Source of the DNA: a virus
Virus record (IMG/VR): IMGVR_UViG_3300009158_000001
Location: 96,001-160,000 of that record
Direction: 5' to 3' (one strand)
Length of the DNA stretch: 64,000 bases
Shown: piece after piece, positions 28,201 through 34,839 of the stretch
Numbering within the stretch: position 1 is the stretch's first letter
Layout of the letters: each line of letters opens with the position of its first letter
Notes under the pieces: generated by a model
Seen by the model: only the letters and a program-made list of their open reading frames with translations
Database searches by the model: none
Told to the model about the DNA's origin: nothing
Position numbers and translations under genes: made by a program

Positions 28201-30560
28201 TCTGCCCTGCGCAGTATCTAGTATCTGTGCCTCCTGCTGCCAAAGAGCTGTTCAACGCACGTCATGCTAATAAGATGACTGTTGATGGCAAAGTTGTTCA
28301 GCCGGGCAAGCTTCTCAACAATCTCTATGAGAACCATAGAGAGCTTGGCGAGACGGTCGAGGCTATGATCCGCGAAGAGCACAACCGTGCTGAGTTCTCG
28401 GCTACGGTAACTGCGATGCTTCAGACTGTTAGCGTTCCTGTGCCTGGGGCTGCTTCTGCTCAGGGTATGGGCTCGGAAGTCTGGGCTGAAGTCTGGACTG
28501 CAAGCGGCCGCAAGAAGATCTACCTGGATGGTCTCAAGCAGAAGTCTGCTATGAGGTTCGAAGACATTCGGGCAGAGCAGCGTTACATGGCAGAACTCAA
28601 CAATGCAACCGTCTACGCAGCACATGCTGAGTTTGACCGTATTGTCATGGGTCGCCTTGTGAAAGCTGATCCTAACGCTACTAGTGAGGAGATTGCAGCT
28701 ATGTTCAAGCTTTGCAAGCTTGGCATGGTCTACTCGTATGCTTTCAAGACTGTTGGCTACGAAGAGAACTGCGTCAAGATCCTTATGGATGAAGAGGGAG
28801 AGTTCGGCGCTTCTGGCGGCGTTCCTACCTACATCATCCCTGTCAGCGGCAACTGCACCTTTATCGGCAACTTTGCAGGTAGCAGCGAGATCCTCCTTGA
28901 GTGGATGATGAATCCTGCTACACTCGCACTTGTTGCTGAGATCAAAGCCAAGGCTGGCGACTTCAAGTACGTCGTTCTCTCCATGAAGGGTGAAGCCTTT
29001 GGAGAGATGATTGACGGCGGTCGTGACCTCAGGTACAGCGAGGCTGACTTTGATGGCAAATCCATCACGGAGATCCTCTGTATGCCTGGCGTTGCTCTTG
29101 CTGGCAATCAGCGTGAAGAAAGCCACGTTGATCAGAGCACCTGGCTTGCAAGTGTAGCAGACACGGTCACGCAACGTCGCAACGACATTCTTCGCAAGCT
29201 GAAGGCGGAGAACAAAGCAGCAGAAGCATTGCTTCGCGGCAAGACTTTCGGAGAGCTTCTTCAGGAGTTCAACGTAACGGTCGTCGCAGAGTCCGTCACT
29301 GGCACTGCCAAGGTCGAAAAGATCGAGGCGTTCAAGTGGATGGACAAGAAGCATGCGGGTCGTACGTACCCAAACACCTTTGTCATTGTTCGCTTCGGGA
29401 ATGAAGCAGATCCTGTGACTGAGGAGATGGAAGAGGATGATATTACCATCTTCCTTGCTGACGAAGTGATTGAGGCTGCTCCTGACACCAAGGAGAACAT
29501 TACGATCGAGGCCTCTGCTCCTGTGGTTGAAAAGACTGCAGAAGCAAAAAAAGACAGCATAAGCGATAAGCTCAACCGCATCTTCGGCAAGAAGGAGGCT
29601 GTTAAGCCCCCTGCTCCTATCGAAGTCGTGCCTGCTGCTGTTGTTGCGGCTGCTACTGGACAAGAGGAGCTCAAGATCCTGAGCATTTCTGAGCCTGCCT
29701 TTGCGAAAGAAGGATGGTCCCAGACCAGCGAAGGAAAGCTTGTGCGCCGCACTTTCAGCAAGACCAAAGTCAAGGAAGTCTTTGCTGCTGGCTGGAACTT
29801 CTGCTTCTGCGAGGGCGATGGAGACAAGTGGGTCATTGCAGACACCCGCTTTGGTTTTGTCATTGGCCGCGGACAGACTCAGGTCATAGCGTTGCAAAGG
29901 GCAATTGCAAACACCCAGGCTGCTAAGGTTGGACGCAACCTTCTTGACGAAGTCCAGTTCTCGAACTGGCTCTTTGACCGTGCAACTCAGGCTCAGCGTC
30001 CGCTTGTTGACCTGATTGCAGAGCACAACAAGAAGGAAGAGCCCGTGGCCGAGGCAACTCCTGCTACTCCTGTTGTTGTCGCAGAGACTGCTGGTACTAA
30101 GCCTACTAGCCGTTGCGTTGGTAACTTCGCATTGGCTGGCCTTCAGCACTCTAGTAACGTCAATGTTGCTGAGCGTGAGCTTGTTGAGGGCGTAAAGATT
30201 ACTCTCATCCGCAATGTGGCTCACCCCAAGGATGCAAATGCCGTTGAGGTCCATGTGAATGGTTACCGCTTCGGGTATGTTCCTAAGGAAGCCGCTGCAA
30301 GGCTGGCTCCTCGGATGGACATCGGCGTGAAGGCGTGGGCCATTGTCACGGGATGGGAAAACGGGTACGCCCGCTTCGATCTGTTCCTTGGCAAGACGCC
30401 CACTACCTTGGAGACGTTCAACTACCAGCGTGACGAAATCGAGCGTGCATGCGAGGGGCTTGCCTGGCTGGAGTCGTACGACGCGACCGATGAACAGAAG
30501 GCTCCGGCTAATGCCCTCCTTGCGCACTTTGCTGCCCTTTGTGGTAGCCTTAAGCTCTGA
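19269..30560 (+). CDS. 3763-aa polyprotein: TM segments, two trypsin-like serine proteases, YonO/RdRP-like double-psi-barrel RNA polymerase, HIRAN domain
   Basis: GITHC...GDSGG and TAAHC...GDSGG; YDGTNLMSDELA, IRR...FKGM, TRIP, GGDDDD, SAIG, SDMVDACNKG in cellular-RdRP order; HPKDANAVEV...FGYVP (HIRAN). Confidence 0.75.
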   Translation: MTIALIVLAIFVCIVILSNTVSYLMTANKTAPITPAEVRMNNNNHPLIVLAIVTLVVIGGLVTFGIGKTAGLWAQPSFEDLVDPYAVAEYEQVALRITSFPHPGVGQYSPDEGTNCTGWAWKGHMYGITHCDVDTYIIGKETGETPDPVVRINTDHVVSVPVLGNDLYTVGMECSPDLRWWGATTGEWRNLDWSDIDVETFSPNNRAASLMLERWHGSVNRAQDALAQQNEYSASLYTNTALFQQGEWEILSKGQRYCYDSQDDVVGHGGWFRSGDSGGVLLAGDEPIGAVSYSNGSETRNCFSAIALSQEKSYQDFEFRELSSTTMDLTGKFKTAASHSGMQGRIFRSLNTETTNAHQGKENFMPYLILAILGLILAAATTTIKVKEFLMSNLRTIVIGFLIVLGLVVPIVLAWNHALTVCPVTDAWFSVNFMNGALVSIVVEMAAIAAVLAMATLISEMSCPKWMVKPILAITPNLATITANKAKESVMPIRLYIAIILTIAIFVPMALIATFREAFVCILGLGPLAFTAIDLILHVEYHYHVRELSIVTKKLIAHQKLHKLLFGGMALLAMVLGGCGDTIQQAPAGMGEIVAAHNGECSAFHWQGQIRTAAHCTYASTDWRDNATAVLHQQQGKHAIPEDLADIGQECSPDLRWWGATTGRTLPVEDVKFYAVKRGQNVWDLGEQVPPWTPGAQACFTQTLHNRFSDGDSGGPLLAGDEPVGSVSWSSNLPWGMACFGRLEKQPMWGNLSTSSPQGGKGFRMKSIEMTDSLAVTLTQVFTDLAIAGAILALAFLLARVRAKFRTHDETNAGNSAGLIGAKNPSKGHMSPILAFVARLTSVIVILLLGVCLLAAPGVTPLVSSNNSPTIETGIDPEAIAKIVQRLKKRLAYGMRMAKKKRWTVRRLNRWLVANGYKAKAKKAKKAVAKAVVKFDRAGMTRRQRRAKAHKAKVAATKAETKARGVKRRAEAKATNDAIAKLEAAIAFLGLIARVARHQRRMEVSAARSKRKVARKATAKPAAKKIIVRAEGAGRPTFHPRRSKVQGYNPAAQSRQEIITSREKREERRLAREARHLTLLNRAYAALLNMVVEGTAFKAGWTLRGACMLLADNMAWVAAQAEIQTFDQDDDVAWQYEAAVRNIPFEIKREVENAEVDAAWALIEANDKKVLAEIKQANAKARAKRKAEREERIATHRAKVDAERAEREAAKAVKAEERRKREMAKAERLVEALKAREAKKGKTTKVDVTPVSPVAKLREVQANSPVLAVVAGLGLATGMVAVAVIALAAIAFFAIRKNRAEDCKEETVDADWGDLLEAPAEPQPQSLLLRLTELLGQESPAREVVAYEPAPAPVTVPAEPEPQSLLGRLIELLPEAEARATEPATCACGIPQEEGYVCDTCVLNEYAAGMANALENAVEEFPFTDPGDWDGGAIDDVYAAQLMAADREAAQRDAADLEEHLQVLAAEAALADLDQEAEQDIDPLDLLVEKAKEEEMEEEKTPEQVWAEICNELTVSPRNYSANAAMNILIEMYQRKIDLFRFRHFGTTRTFTRKDKDGDRRTSKTKTLRKDVIVRFASILRQDKEMATWFAEASHDPSWEQFWVGIESLMKDKKQAWTAQDWRILRARYEAAVLVVNDLCIEFLGQSKSKPKFMASEVSCLVTKDTFRYRAVGAQEAMEACKRINAKHKGGFCVARGVYQEQMLSGSHLPWVVDKADGEGNWLEFGFVLTTSAGVADWGFGRENRNNSSVELKTATEMLGGIVQLDQYKPERAYIEMFHKNWTLMKKPSLNDWKTFIKTAFANGNMLFINPTTMDTRHVAKNGTSYSKSVTDNGTTASTVHTFFNDGSVTTVMTRKTLDANSKGFAHKFSSARTTIRKFFLKHSGIRDLKVLPWEVVESRDELATKFGNESYDQYQACRKAISADRNHRLDVVVLSRVNNARFEAWATEYVQNKQSSVVYHIKTRQPLTLSQLNKQNKALAKLQGNYFLAQTELETSRAGIAAIRHTIETSAYTSQELSSDLIEAFKEGYQWMKTPGGYQLVSARKAAANPEKILKGEALAAVLDAWIKTAIDVQADSLRAEGAKIVRRYEEALQLLLPGYSCKVNGEDCLMAAYNKAEHAKKTDPSNPEIALLLAAYYAEYEKEQAEYENEQAKIQARYEKTHKECQEYEQRVKEQEGWDEIPFCKAGAVLSALALAAGLPAFVVVLPLALTALAAFMKMENSDVEGEEILADNAEFCLYSTPIVRHTTGKWTAVKDNNTGESAPVEAGESQKEKPMSFLDKMNQTIRNVWNELTGRERIGTDVKTKAPATYGSILAASKVEHTALTRICGGKIREMQVTELSSEELREIKDFIRRDGDTWIIVRDSQKFHFPNWAMEKLVSEIVIAGHAVDKKVSQQEVNKYFGSLLWAPAEIVSFQASEAKVMSDGLAAMYDGTNLMSDELASTIDWVGYAIRRLLTVLGLFKGMFIILPAGYFPSGVKLFGSEVKKHLRLRRDSGRALALQPQANGHSDVARTLGMQLWSMLLGPWIASVGFANLAKGAYGYAMSNLNKANERLLAPAEEEEEGRDALMAEASRLHGFNPIAVFRSFATSMANGLTKSFNPNKVNIAPVDEKGRSLVPNGYPMMLPWLALAELWLKVTGKVPEELAKKVEDTEKLRLRLFKLANGAIPVLVHNMHRLDAAKVAGIRRMAIAAIATRIPTGKTSGIEVMLFDAEEYGADLLPEIVGRKKNDIEFWLFPCEETTAFKVASEGGDDDDLYEFLLGILHKLARLGLEWRAKILDVSADTQKAMDEIKVRFARQVAAFKEDRKLLAKLMEMPYAKVFTANGKVRAGWPSLLGVTMAPGGWQIRHTEAVEDIIVMTEESREDIATQARLFAEVMTANNDSPFTSAIGTVAQSHKFATGILTGNVVLTNSIGALDKIWALFVLATILLSDMVDACNKGKKYAEAGAALMYLNWAWGWLCYRIASNPDAKVICPAQYLVSVPPAAKELFNARHANKMTVDGKVVQPGKLLNNLYENHRELGETVEAMIREEHNRAEFSATVTAMLQTVSVPVPGAASAQGMGSEVWAEVWTASGRKKIYLDGLKQKSAMRFEDIRAEQRYMAELNNATVYAAHAEFDRIVMGRLVKADPNATSEEIAAMFKLCKLGMVYSYAFKTVGYEENCVKILMDEEGEFGASGGVPTYIIPVSGNCTFIGNFAGSSEILLEWMMNPATLALVAEIKAKAGDFKYVVLSMKGEAFGEMIDGGRDLRYSEADFDGKSITEILCMPGVALAGNQREESHVDQSTWLASVADTVTQRRNDILRKLKAENKAAEALLRGKTFGELLQEFNVTVVAESVTGTAKVEKIEAFKWMDKKHAGRTYPNTFVIVRFGNEADPVTEEMEEDDITIFLADEVIEAAPDTKENITIEASAPVVEKTAEAKKDSISDKLNRIFGKKEAVKPPAPIEVVPAAVVAAATGQEELKILSISEPAFAKEGWSQTSEGKLVRRTFSKTKVKEVFAAGWNFCFCEGDGDKWVIADTRFGFVIGRGQTQVIALQRAIANTQAAKVGRNLLDEVQFSNWLFDRATQAQRPLVDLIAEHNKKEEPVAEATPATPVVVAETAGTKPTSRCVGNFALAGLQHSSNVNVAERELVEGVKITLIRNVAHPKDANAVEVHVNGYRFGYVPKEAAARLAPRMDIGVKAWAIVTGWENGYARFDLFLGKTPTTLETFNYQRDEIERACEGLAWLESYDATDEQKAPANALLAHFAALCGSLKL

Positions 30561-30582
30561 GGTTACTATGAAGGAGATCCTC

Positions 30583-30840
30583 ATGAAGTACATGGGTGGT
30601 GCTAAGTATCCTGGTCCTTGCCGCAATTGCAGCCGCTACTGTGGTTGTGATACACTGCGGCTCTTCCGAGATGACCGATATAAGGCAGCGAAGTGGGTCA
30701 CAATCTGCACAGATTGCTGTGAAGAATGGGATGCCCGCTTCAACAAGCCCAAGGCCATTGTGGCTCCTCAACCTGCTCCTGTAAAGGAAGTGAAGGTTGT
30801 GGAAGTCGCTAAGCCAAAGCAACTTTCGTTGTTCGGCTAG
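30583..30840 (+). CDS. small Zn-finger protein ending in beta-clamp-binding motif QLSLF
   Basis: AAGGAG SD at 30571; CRNC...C..C and CTDCC; C-terminal QLSLFG. Confidence 0.7.
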   Translation: MKYMGGAKYPGPCRNCSRYCGCDTLRLFRDDRYKAAKWVTICTDCCEEWDARFNKPKAIVAPQPAPVKEVKVVEVAKPKQLSLFG

Positions 30841-30884
30841 AGAACTGACAGTTTGAACTAAAGCCCTATTCTACAACCCTTTTC

Positions 30885-30913
30885 AAAAGAGCTCACTTTG
30901 TGAGCTTTTTTTT
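30885..30913 (+). terminator. intrinsic terminator of the polyprotein operon
   Basis: AAAAGAGCTCAC-TTT-GTGAGCTTTTTTTT. Confidence 0.8.
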
Positions 30914-31225
30914 ACTACTTACTTACAGAGGCCAAACGACTCCGCTACTCCGCTCCCCCTCGAAAGCCTGTGTGTATTTTGTAATTTCTGCACCCCCTTG
31001 GAGAGGCTCCTGCGTCGCCCAGAGCATTGTAGGCTTCGCTCCCTGGCAACAAAGCTAGACCAACGAGAGGTCTGGTGGGCCTCCTGCGTCGGCCAGATAT
31101 AGTGAGCGTTCACGCTTGCTATACTGGCGGATCCGTCCCAGTAGATGCGAGAGATAACGGATAGGTACCTCCCAAACGTCTACCTTGTCGGGTGTGGGAA
31201 GGCCGAAAACGCTGACAAGGAAAGA

Positions 31226-31260
31226 ACCTCTGGCCTCACGGCTGGGGGTTCTTTTTTTTC
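31226..31260 (+). terminator. intrinsic terminator
   Basis: AACCTCTGGCC-TCAC-GGCTGGGGGTT followed by T-run. Confidence 0.75.
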
Positions 31261-31524
31261 CACTCCGCTGAATAACCAGATAACTTGTGGCAACCAGGGG
31301 TCTTACGAGGCTCCTTCGTCGCCCAAAGCATCGGATGGTGGCTGCCGCTACCCGTATCAGAGAAGGCCTGTCGGTCTCTGGTATGTATCAGACAGGGGCG
31401 GTTGCCAGTCCGCCTAACAGAAAAACTGGCCGTCATCCCCTTTAGGATGGCATGTTTACGTCCCCTCTTGGACGGGTTCCTGGTAGTGGTAATCCTACTT
31501 ACTGCGTACCAGGATAGAGAGGTA

Positions 31525-31563
31525 AAGCCCCAGCACAGTAGGATGTGTTGGGGTTTTATTTTT
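31525..31563 (+). terminator. intrinsic terminator
   Basis: AAGCCCCAGCAC...GTGTTGGGGTTTTATTTTT. Confidence 0.7.
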
Positions 31564-31747
31564 GTTACTCCGCTATATAAGTAGATTACTAGTAACTATA
31601 TAGTGGTTTGTTGGCGGCTCCTACGTCGCCCAAAGCACTGGGCGTTGACGCTCTGCCATCTCCGTTGGTAGAGACTAGCTTTAAAACACGGGGAGTCCCA
31701 GGTCGGCCTTACGGGCTTGGATAAGACTATTGGCAGAAGGACAGATT

Positions 31748-31781
31748 CCCACTACTAGGCCGGTAGTGGGTTTCTTTTTTT
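31748..31781 (+). terminator. intrinsic terminator
   Basis: CCCACTACT-AGGCC-GGTAGTGGG followed by T-run. Confidence 0.75.
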
Positions 31782-31843
31782 GGCCTCCTTCGTCGGCCAG
31801 AGATTATGAGGCACTTTCGCCTCTCGGTCCTTAGGAGGACACC

Positions 31844-32056
31844 ATGAAGGCAGGTAAGTATCACTCGTACGACTGGCGAACCGAGCGGGATGCGGATGCT
31901 GATAGGAGCGTCTTCGTCCAGGCCTGGAAAGCCAAGTTCCCTGGGGTCGTGCCGCAGTTCGCCATCATCCTGGATGACGGCAGTTGCCACTGGTGGAACG
32001 AATGGCCAGACGGGCGGACTCGGCGGCTTCCGCCTAGCACATTCAAGATCGGCTAA
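31844..32056 (+). CDS. hypothetical early protein
   Basis: AGGAGG SD; lies between a hairpin motif and a terminator. Confidence 0.75.
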   Translation: MKAGKYHSYDWRTERDADADRSVFVQAWKAKFPGVVPQFAIILDDGSCHWWNEWPDGRTRRLPPSTFKIG

Positions 32057-32061
32057 AGATA

Positions 32062-32095
32062 GACCCTCGGCTTCGGTTGGGGGTTTTTCTTTTCT
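32062..32095 (+). terminator. intrinsic terminator, cUUCGg loop
   Basis: ACCCTCGGC-TTCG-GTTGGGGGT plus T-run. Confidence 0.8.
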
Positions 32096-32480
32096 CACTC
32101 CGCTACACAGTGGGGTGGCTCCAGCTCCCGGACTCTTCGGCGGTCAGCAGGTAGGAACCCAATAGCAAAAAGAGGCGAAAAAATATAGACTCCGCTATAG
32201 GCCGGAAAGGTTATATCAACTAGTAGTGTTGAGAGCTCCTGCGTCGCCTAAGTGTTGTGAGGTAATCGCGGACCTCTTAGTCATGTTCCAACCCTGGGGA
32301 GCATGATGAGCCTAGTTAGACAAGGCAAAACGAACAAAGGGAGTAGGTGTCCATCCGCCGAAGTTAAGAGCACCTGTACGCGGGACTCGGGATGGAACTC
32401 ATGTGCTGGATCTCCTAAGGAGGCACATGTTTAAACAGAAGAGGGGATGACCTGCGCATGTCACAAAACTGCCCCAATTT

Positions 32481-32515
32481 TAACCCTCTGGCTTCGGTCG
32501 GAGGGTTTTTCTTTT
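32481..32515 (+). terminator. intrinsic terminator, cUUCGg loop
   Basis: AACCCTCTGGC-TTCG-GTCGGAGGGTT plus T-run. Confidence 0.8.
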
Positions 32516-32573
32516 GGCCTCCTGCGTCGTCCAGAGAAAGTGGGCAACTTTCGCCCCAAACGGAGAAGAGAAC

Positions 32574-32753
32574 ATGCAGTACGATCTTACAGTGACACAA
32601 AGCCCCAGCGGACTCGTATACTTTCGGGTATACAGCAAAGAGACCGGTGATTGCAAGTGCATCCTGAGCATCGACCCCAAGGACGGGTCTCTCGAGGCGG
32701 CAACGGGTGACGAGGAGTTCACGGGCTACTCCATCGTTGGAGAACTCGTCTAA
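32574..32753 (+). CDS. hypothetical early protein
   Basis: GGAG SD, MQYDLTVTQS...; followed by a terminator. Confidence 0.7.
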   Translation: MQYDLTVTQSPSGLVYFRVYSKETGDCKCILSIDPKDGSLEAATGDEEFTGYSIVGELV

Positions 32754-32757
32754 GAGA

Positions 32758-32788
32758 GACCCTGGCTTCGGCTGGGGTTTCTTTTTTC
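32758..32788 (+). terminator. intrinsic terminator, cUUCGg loop
   Basis: ACCCTGGC-TTCG-GCTGGGGT plus T-run. Confidence 0.8.
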
Positions 32789-32847
32789 AGGCTCCTTCGT
32801 CGCCCAAGGAAAATGGGTAATGTCACCCTTCCTTTACGGAGTCGAAG

Positions 32848-33252
32848 ATGAACAGTGTCAATTTTGTCGGGTTTCTTACTTCCACCCATAAGGAAGTGGG
32901 CGATGTCCTCTGTGTCGTCGTGAAGAGTGTCGATGGGAACAGTGCTCCCACTGTGCGTTTCACGGGCAAGCAGCGTGAGGCTCTCAAGAAGTGGGGCACC
33001 CCCGGACGTCTTGTGAGCATCAGTGGCAGCTTCGGAACGGAGGTGAATGGCAAGGTGAAGGACTCCTTCATCGCCTGCGCCTACAGCCGTTTCTTGGACA
33101 AGCAGGAGACTGTGGCTAAGGCTGCTGCTCCTGTTGCGGCACCTGTCGTGGCTGCTGCACCTGTCAAGGCTGCAAAGGCTCCCAAGGCTGCAAAGGCCAC
33201 AAAGGCTGCTCCTCCCGCGAATGTCGATCCTGACGACGTTCCGTGGGCGTAA
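32848..33252 (+). CDS. divergent single-stranded DNA-binding (OB-fold) protein
   Basis: MNSVNFVGFL start, GRLVSISG strand, AKA-rich linker, acidic tail DDVPW. Confidence 0.6.
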   Translation: MNSVNFVGFLTSTHKEVGDVLCVVVKSVDGNSAPTVRFTGKQREALKKWGTPGRLVSISGSFGTEVNGKVKDSFIACAYSRFLDKQETVAKAAAPVAAPVVAAAPVKAAKAPKAAKATKAAPPANVDPDDVPWA

Positions 33253-33255
33253 CTA

Positions 33256-33287
33256 ACCCCTGGCTTCGGCTGGGGGTTCTTTTTCTT
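33256..33287 (+). terminator. intrinsic terminator, cUUCGg loop
   Basis: AACCCCTGGC-TTCG-GCTGGGGGTT plus T-run. Confidence 0.8.
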
Positions 33288-33434
33288 GACTCCGCTATGG
33301 GCCGGTGCAGTTCCAGCTCCGAGACGTCTGGCGGCTGTCAGGGAGAAGACCATCATCAAAAAGAGGCGAAAATAAATGGGCTCCTGCGTCGCCTAGGTAC
33401 AGTGAGGGTTTGTCCTCGTTGCCAGGAGTCTGTC

Positions 33435-33575
33435 ATGTTTGAGAAAGTGTCGCTTGAAGACTGTTACGGTATCGCTGTGGGTGGTGAGGACGAGATGATC
33501 GCCCGCATCGACGAGGCCAATGAGTACGTGTACAACCACGATGAGTTGGATGACTTCGACTACAGCGAAGGTTGA
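33435..33575 (+). CDS. small acidic hypothetical protein (46 aa)
   Basis: AGGAG SD, MFEKVSLEDC...; followed by a GAAA-loop terminator. Confidence 0.6.
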   Translation: MFEKVSLEDCYGIAVGGEDEMIARIDEANEYVYNHDELDDFDYSEG

Positions 33576-33639
33576 AGAGATGGCCCGAAAGGGTCTTTTC
33601 TTTTCTAAGACAAAGGGGCCTCCTGCGTCGGCCATATGT

Positions 33640-34078
33640 CTTGAGTCTCGGCTCTACAGTTTACGGCGTCGAGTAGGTTACATTGCGAATAATAGGGGAT
33701 GTAAACCCTATTGCTCGTACTGCAAGACGTCATCCTTTGAGAGTTTACTAGTAAAATCATAAGTGCGCCTGCCGCTTATGGGAACCTAGTGAGAGTCAGG
33801 GTTGCAAACCTGGCTATAACAAATAGGCTGACTATTATGGGACCCTGCCCTGGTAGTTATATGAACATGGGGTGGTCTGCTGCAGCGGGCCTTTGATCAG
33901 TCGGGTGTTCGCTATACAGATACTGAACGGGTGACCACGCCCACAGTTGAGTGCAAGGCTCAGCAATTAGGATTCCTACGAGAAGGGTTCAATCCCCTTT
34001 TTCATCGGCCACATGCCATGTAGGGTTCAGTATCAGCGCAATGTATGGCTATGGGTTCGAGTCCCATATGATTGAATT
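33640..34078 (+). ncRNA. structured non-coding region with several tRNA T-arm-like hairpins
   Basis: GAAGGG-TTCAAT-CCCCTT at 33982, ATGGG-TTCGAGT-CCCAT at 34051; no convincing ORF; follows the hairpin motif at 33618. Confidence 0.45.
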
Positions 34079-34105
34079 ACTTTACACCGTCCTAAGGAGG
34101 ACAAC

Positions 34106-34684
34106 ATGGATAAGAGCATGATCTTCAATTTCAATACCGTTGTCTTGTTTGCGACCGAGATCGCCAAGAGGATGAACTTCCTGGGATACGATACGACCTA
34201 CAGCGTCTCTATGACCGAGTTCAGTGGCCCGACCATCTCGGCTGCCATCAGGGGCAACACCGAGAAAGAAGGGTGGTACATTGTGGAGCACGGGATGTTC
34301 CATGATGCGCACAAAGGCTTCGAGGTCAATTTCACGATTGGCCTCCCCAGCGCAGAGGGTGAGTACATCTCCGAGTGGGTGAAGGCCAAGATCAACAGGA
34401 TCCGCCTCCGTGACTGCTTGGAGATCAACGAGACCCTGTACTCCGTTCCGACTCTGGAAGTTTACTCGGAGCGGTTTGGAGGGACGTATGCTTTCTACAG
34501 TGCAATCCCCACCTTGACGAAACACTTCGACTTCACGGTCAAGAACGTCAAGGGTGACATGGATGGCCTCATCGATCTGTTCTGGGGACAGAAGGGCCTC
34601 CTCAGCAAGATTGAAGACCCCGACTGTGCAATCGAAGAGTTCAACAACCTCCTGGTTGAGTTGGGCGATTCTGTCTCGTCCTAG
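34106..34684 (+). CDS. hypothetical protein
   Basis: 192 aa, AAGGAGG SD. Confidence 0.8.
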   Translation: MDKSMIFNFNTVVLFATEIAKRMNFLGYDTTYSVSMTEFSGPTISAAIRGNTEKEGWYIVEHGMFHDAHKGFEVNFTIGLPSAEGEYISEWVKAKINRIRLRDCLEINETLYSVPTLEVYSERFGGTYAFYSAIPTLTKHFDFTVKNVKGDMDGLIDLFWGQKGLLSKIEDPDCAIEEFNNLLVELGDSVSS

Positions 34685-34771
34685 TAGTCCAATAGGTCCA
34701 CAGCCTGCAACCTGCCCGTTGGTAGGCTAACCTATCAGATGTCATGTCTGGTAGCCACAAAGGCTGCATCA

Positions 34772-34813
34772 CTTCCTTATGGTAATAGATAGGTTCGAAT
34801 CCTATCAGGAAGA
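34772..34813 (+). ncRNA. minimal tRNA-like element (acceptor-like stem plus T arm, no anticodon arm)
   Basis: CTTCCT...ATAGG-TTCGAAT-CCTAT-C-AGGAAG. Confidence 0.4.
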
Positions 34814-34839
34814 CTTTACCCCCTTATATAGGTGACAAG

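Larger units (their letters stand above)
30939..33297 (+). repeat. dispersed ACTCCGCT(A) motif, 7 copies
   Basis: 30939, 30947, 31262, 31567, 32097, 32189, 33289; mostly immediately after terminator U-tracts. Confidence 0.7.

Noticed and set aside
19269-30560. Stop-codon reassignment as the cause of the giant ORF
   Set aside because: The ORF is open in the standard code; TAA, TAG and TGA all end genes elsewhere; no suppressor tRNA is seen.
32300-32335. Hammerhead ribozyme (ATGATGAGCCT...AGGCAAAAC)
   Set aside because: Core deviates at essential positions (needs CTGATGA and CGAAA), and the 5' part is paired in another hairpin.
31005-33634. CRISPR array or attC/integron cassettes from the repeated motif
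   Set aside because: Repeats are only ~15 nt, spacing is irregular (74 to >500 nt), spacers contain genes and terminators, and no cas or integrase gene is present.
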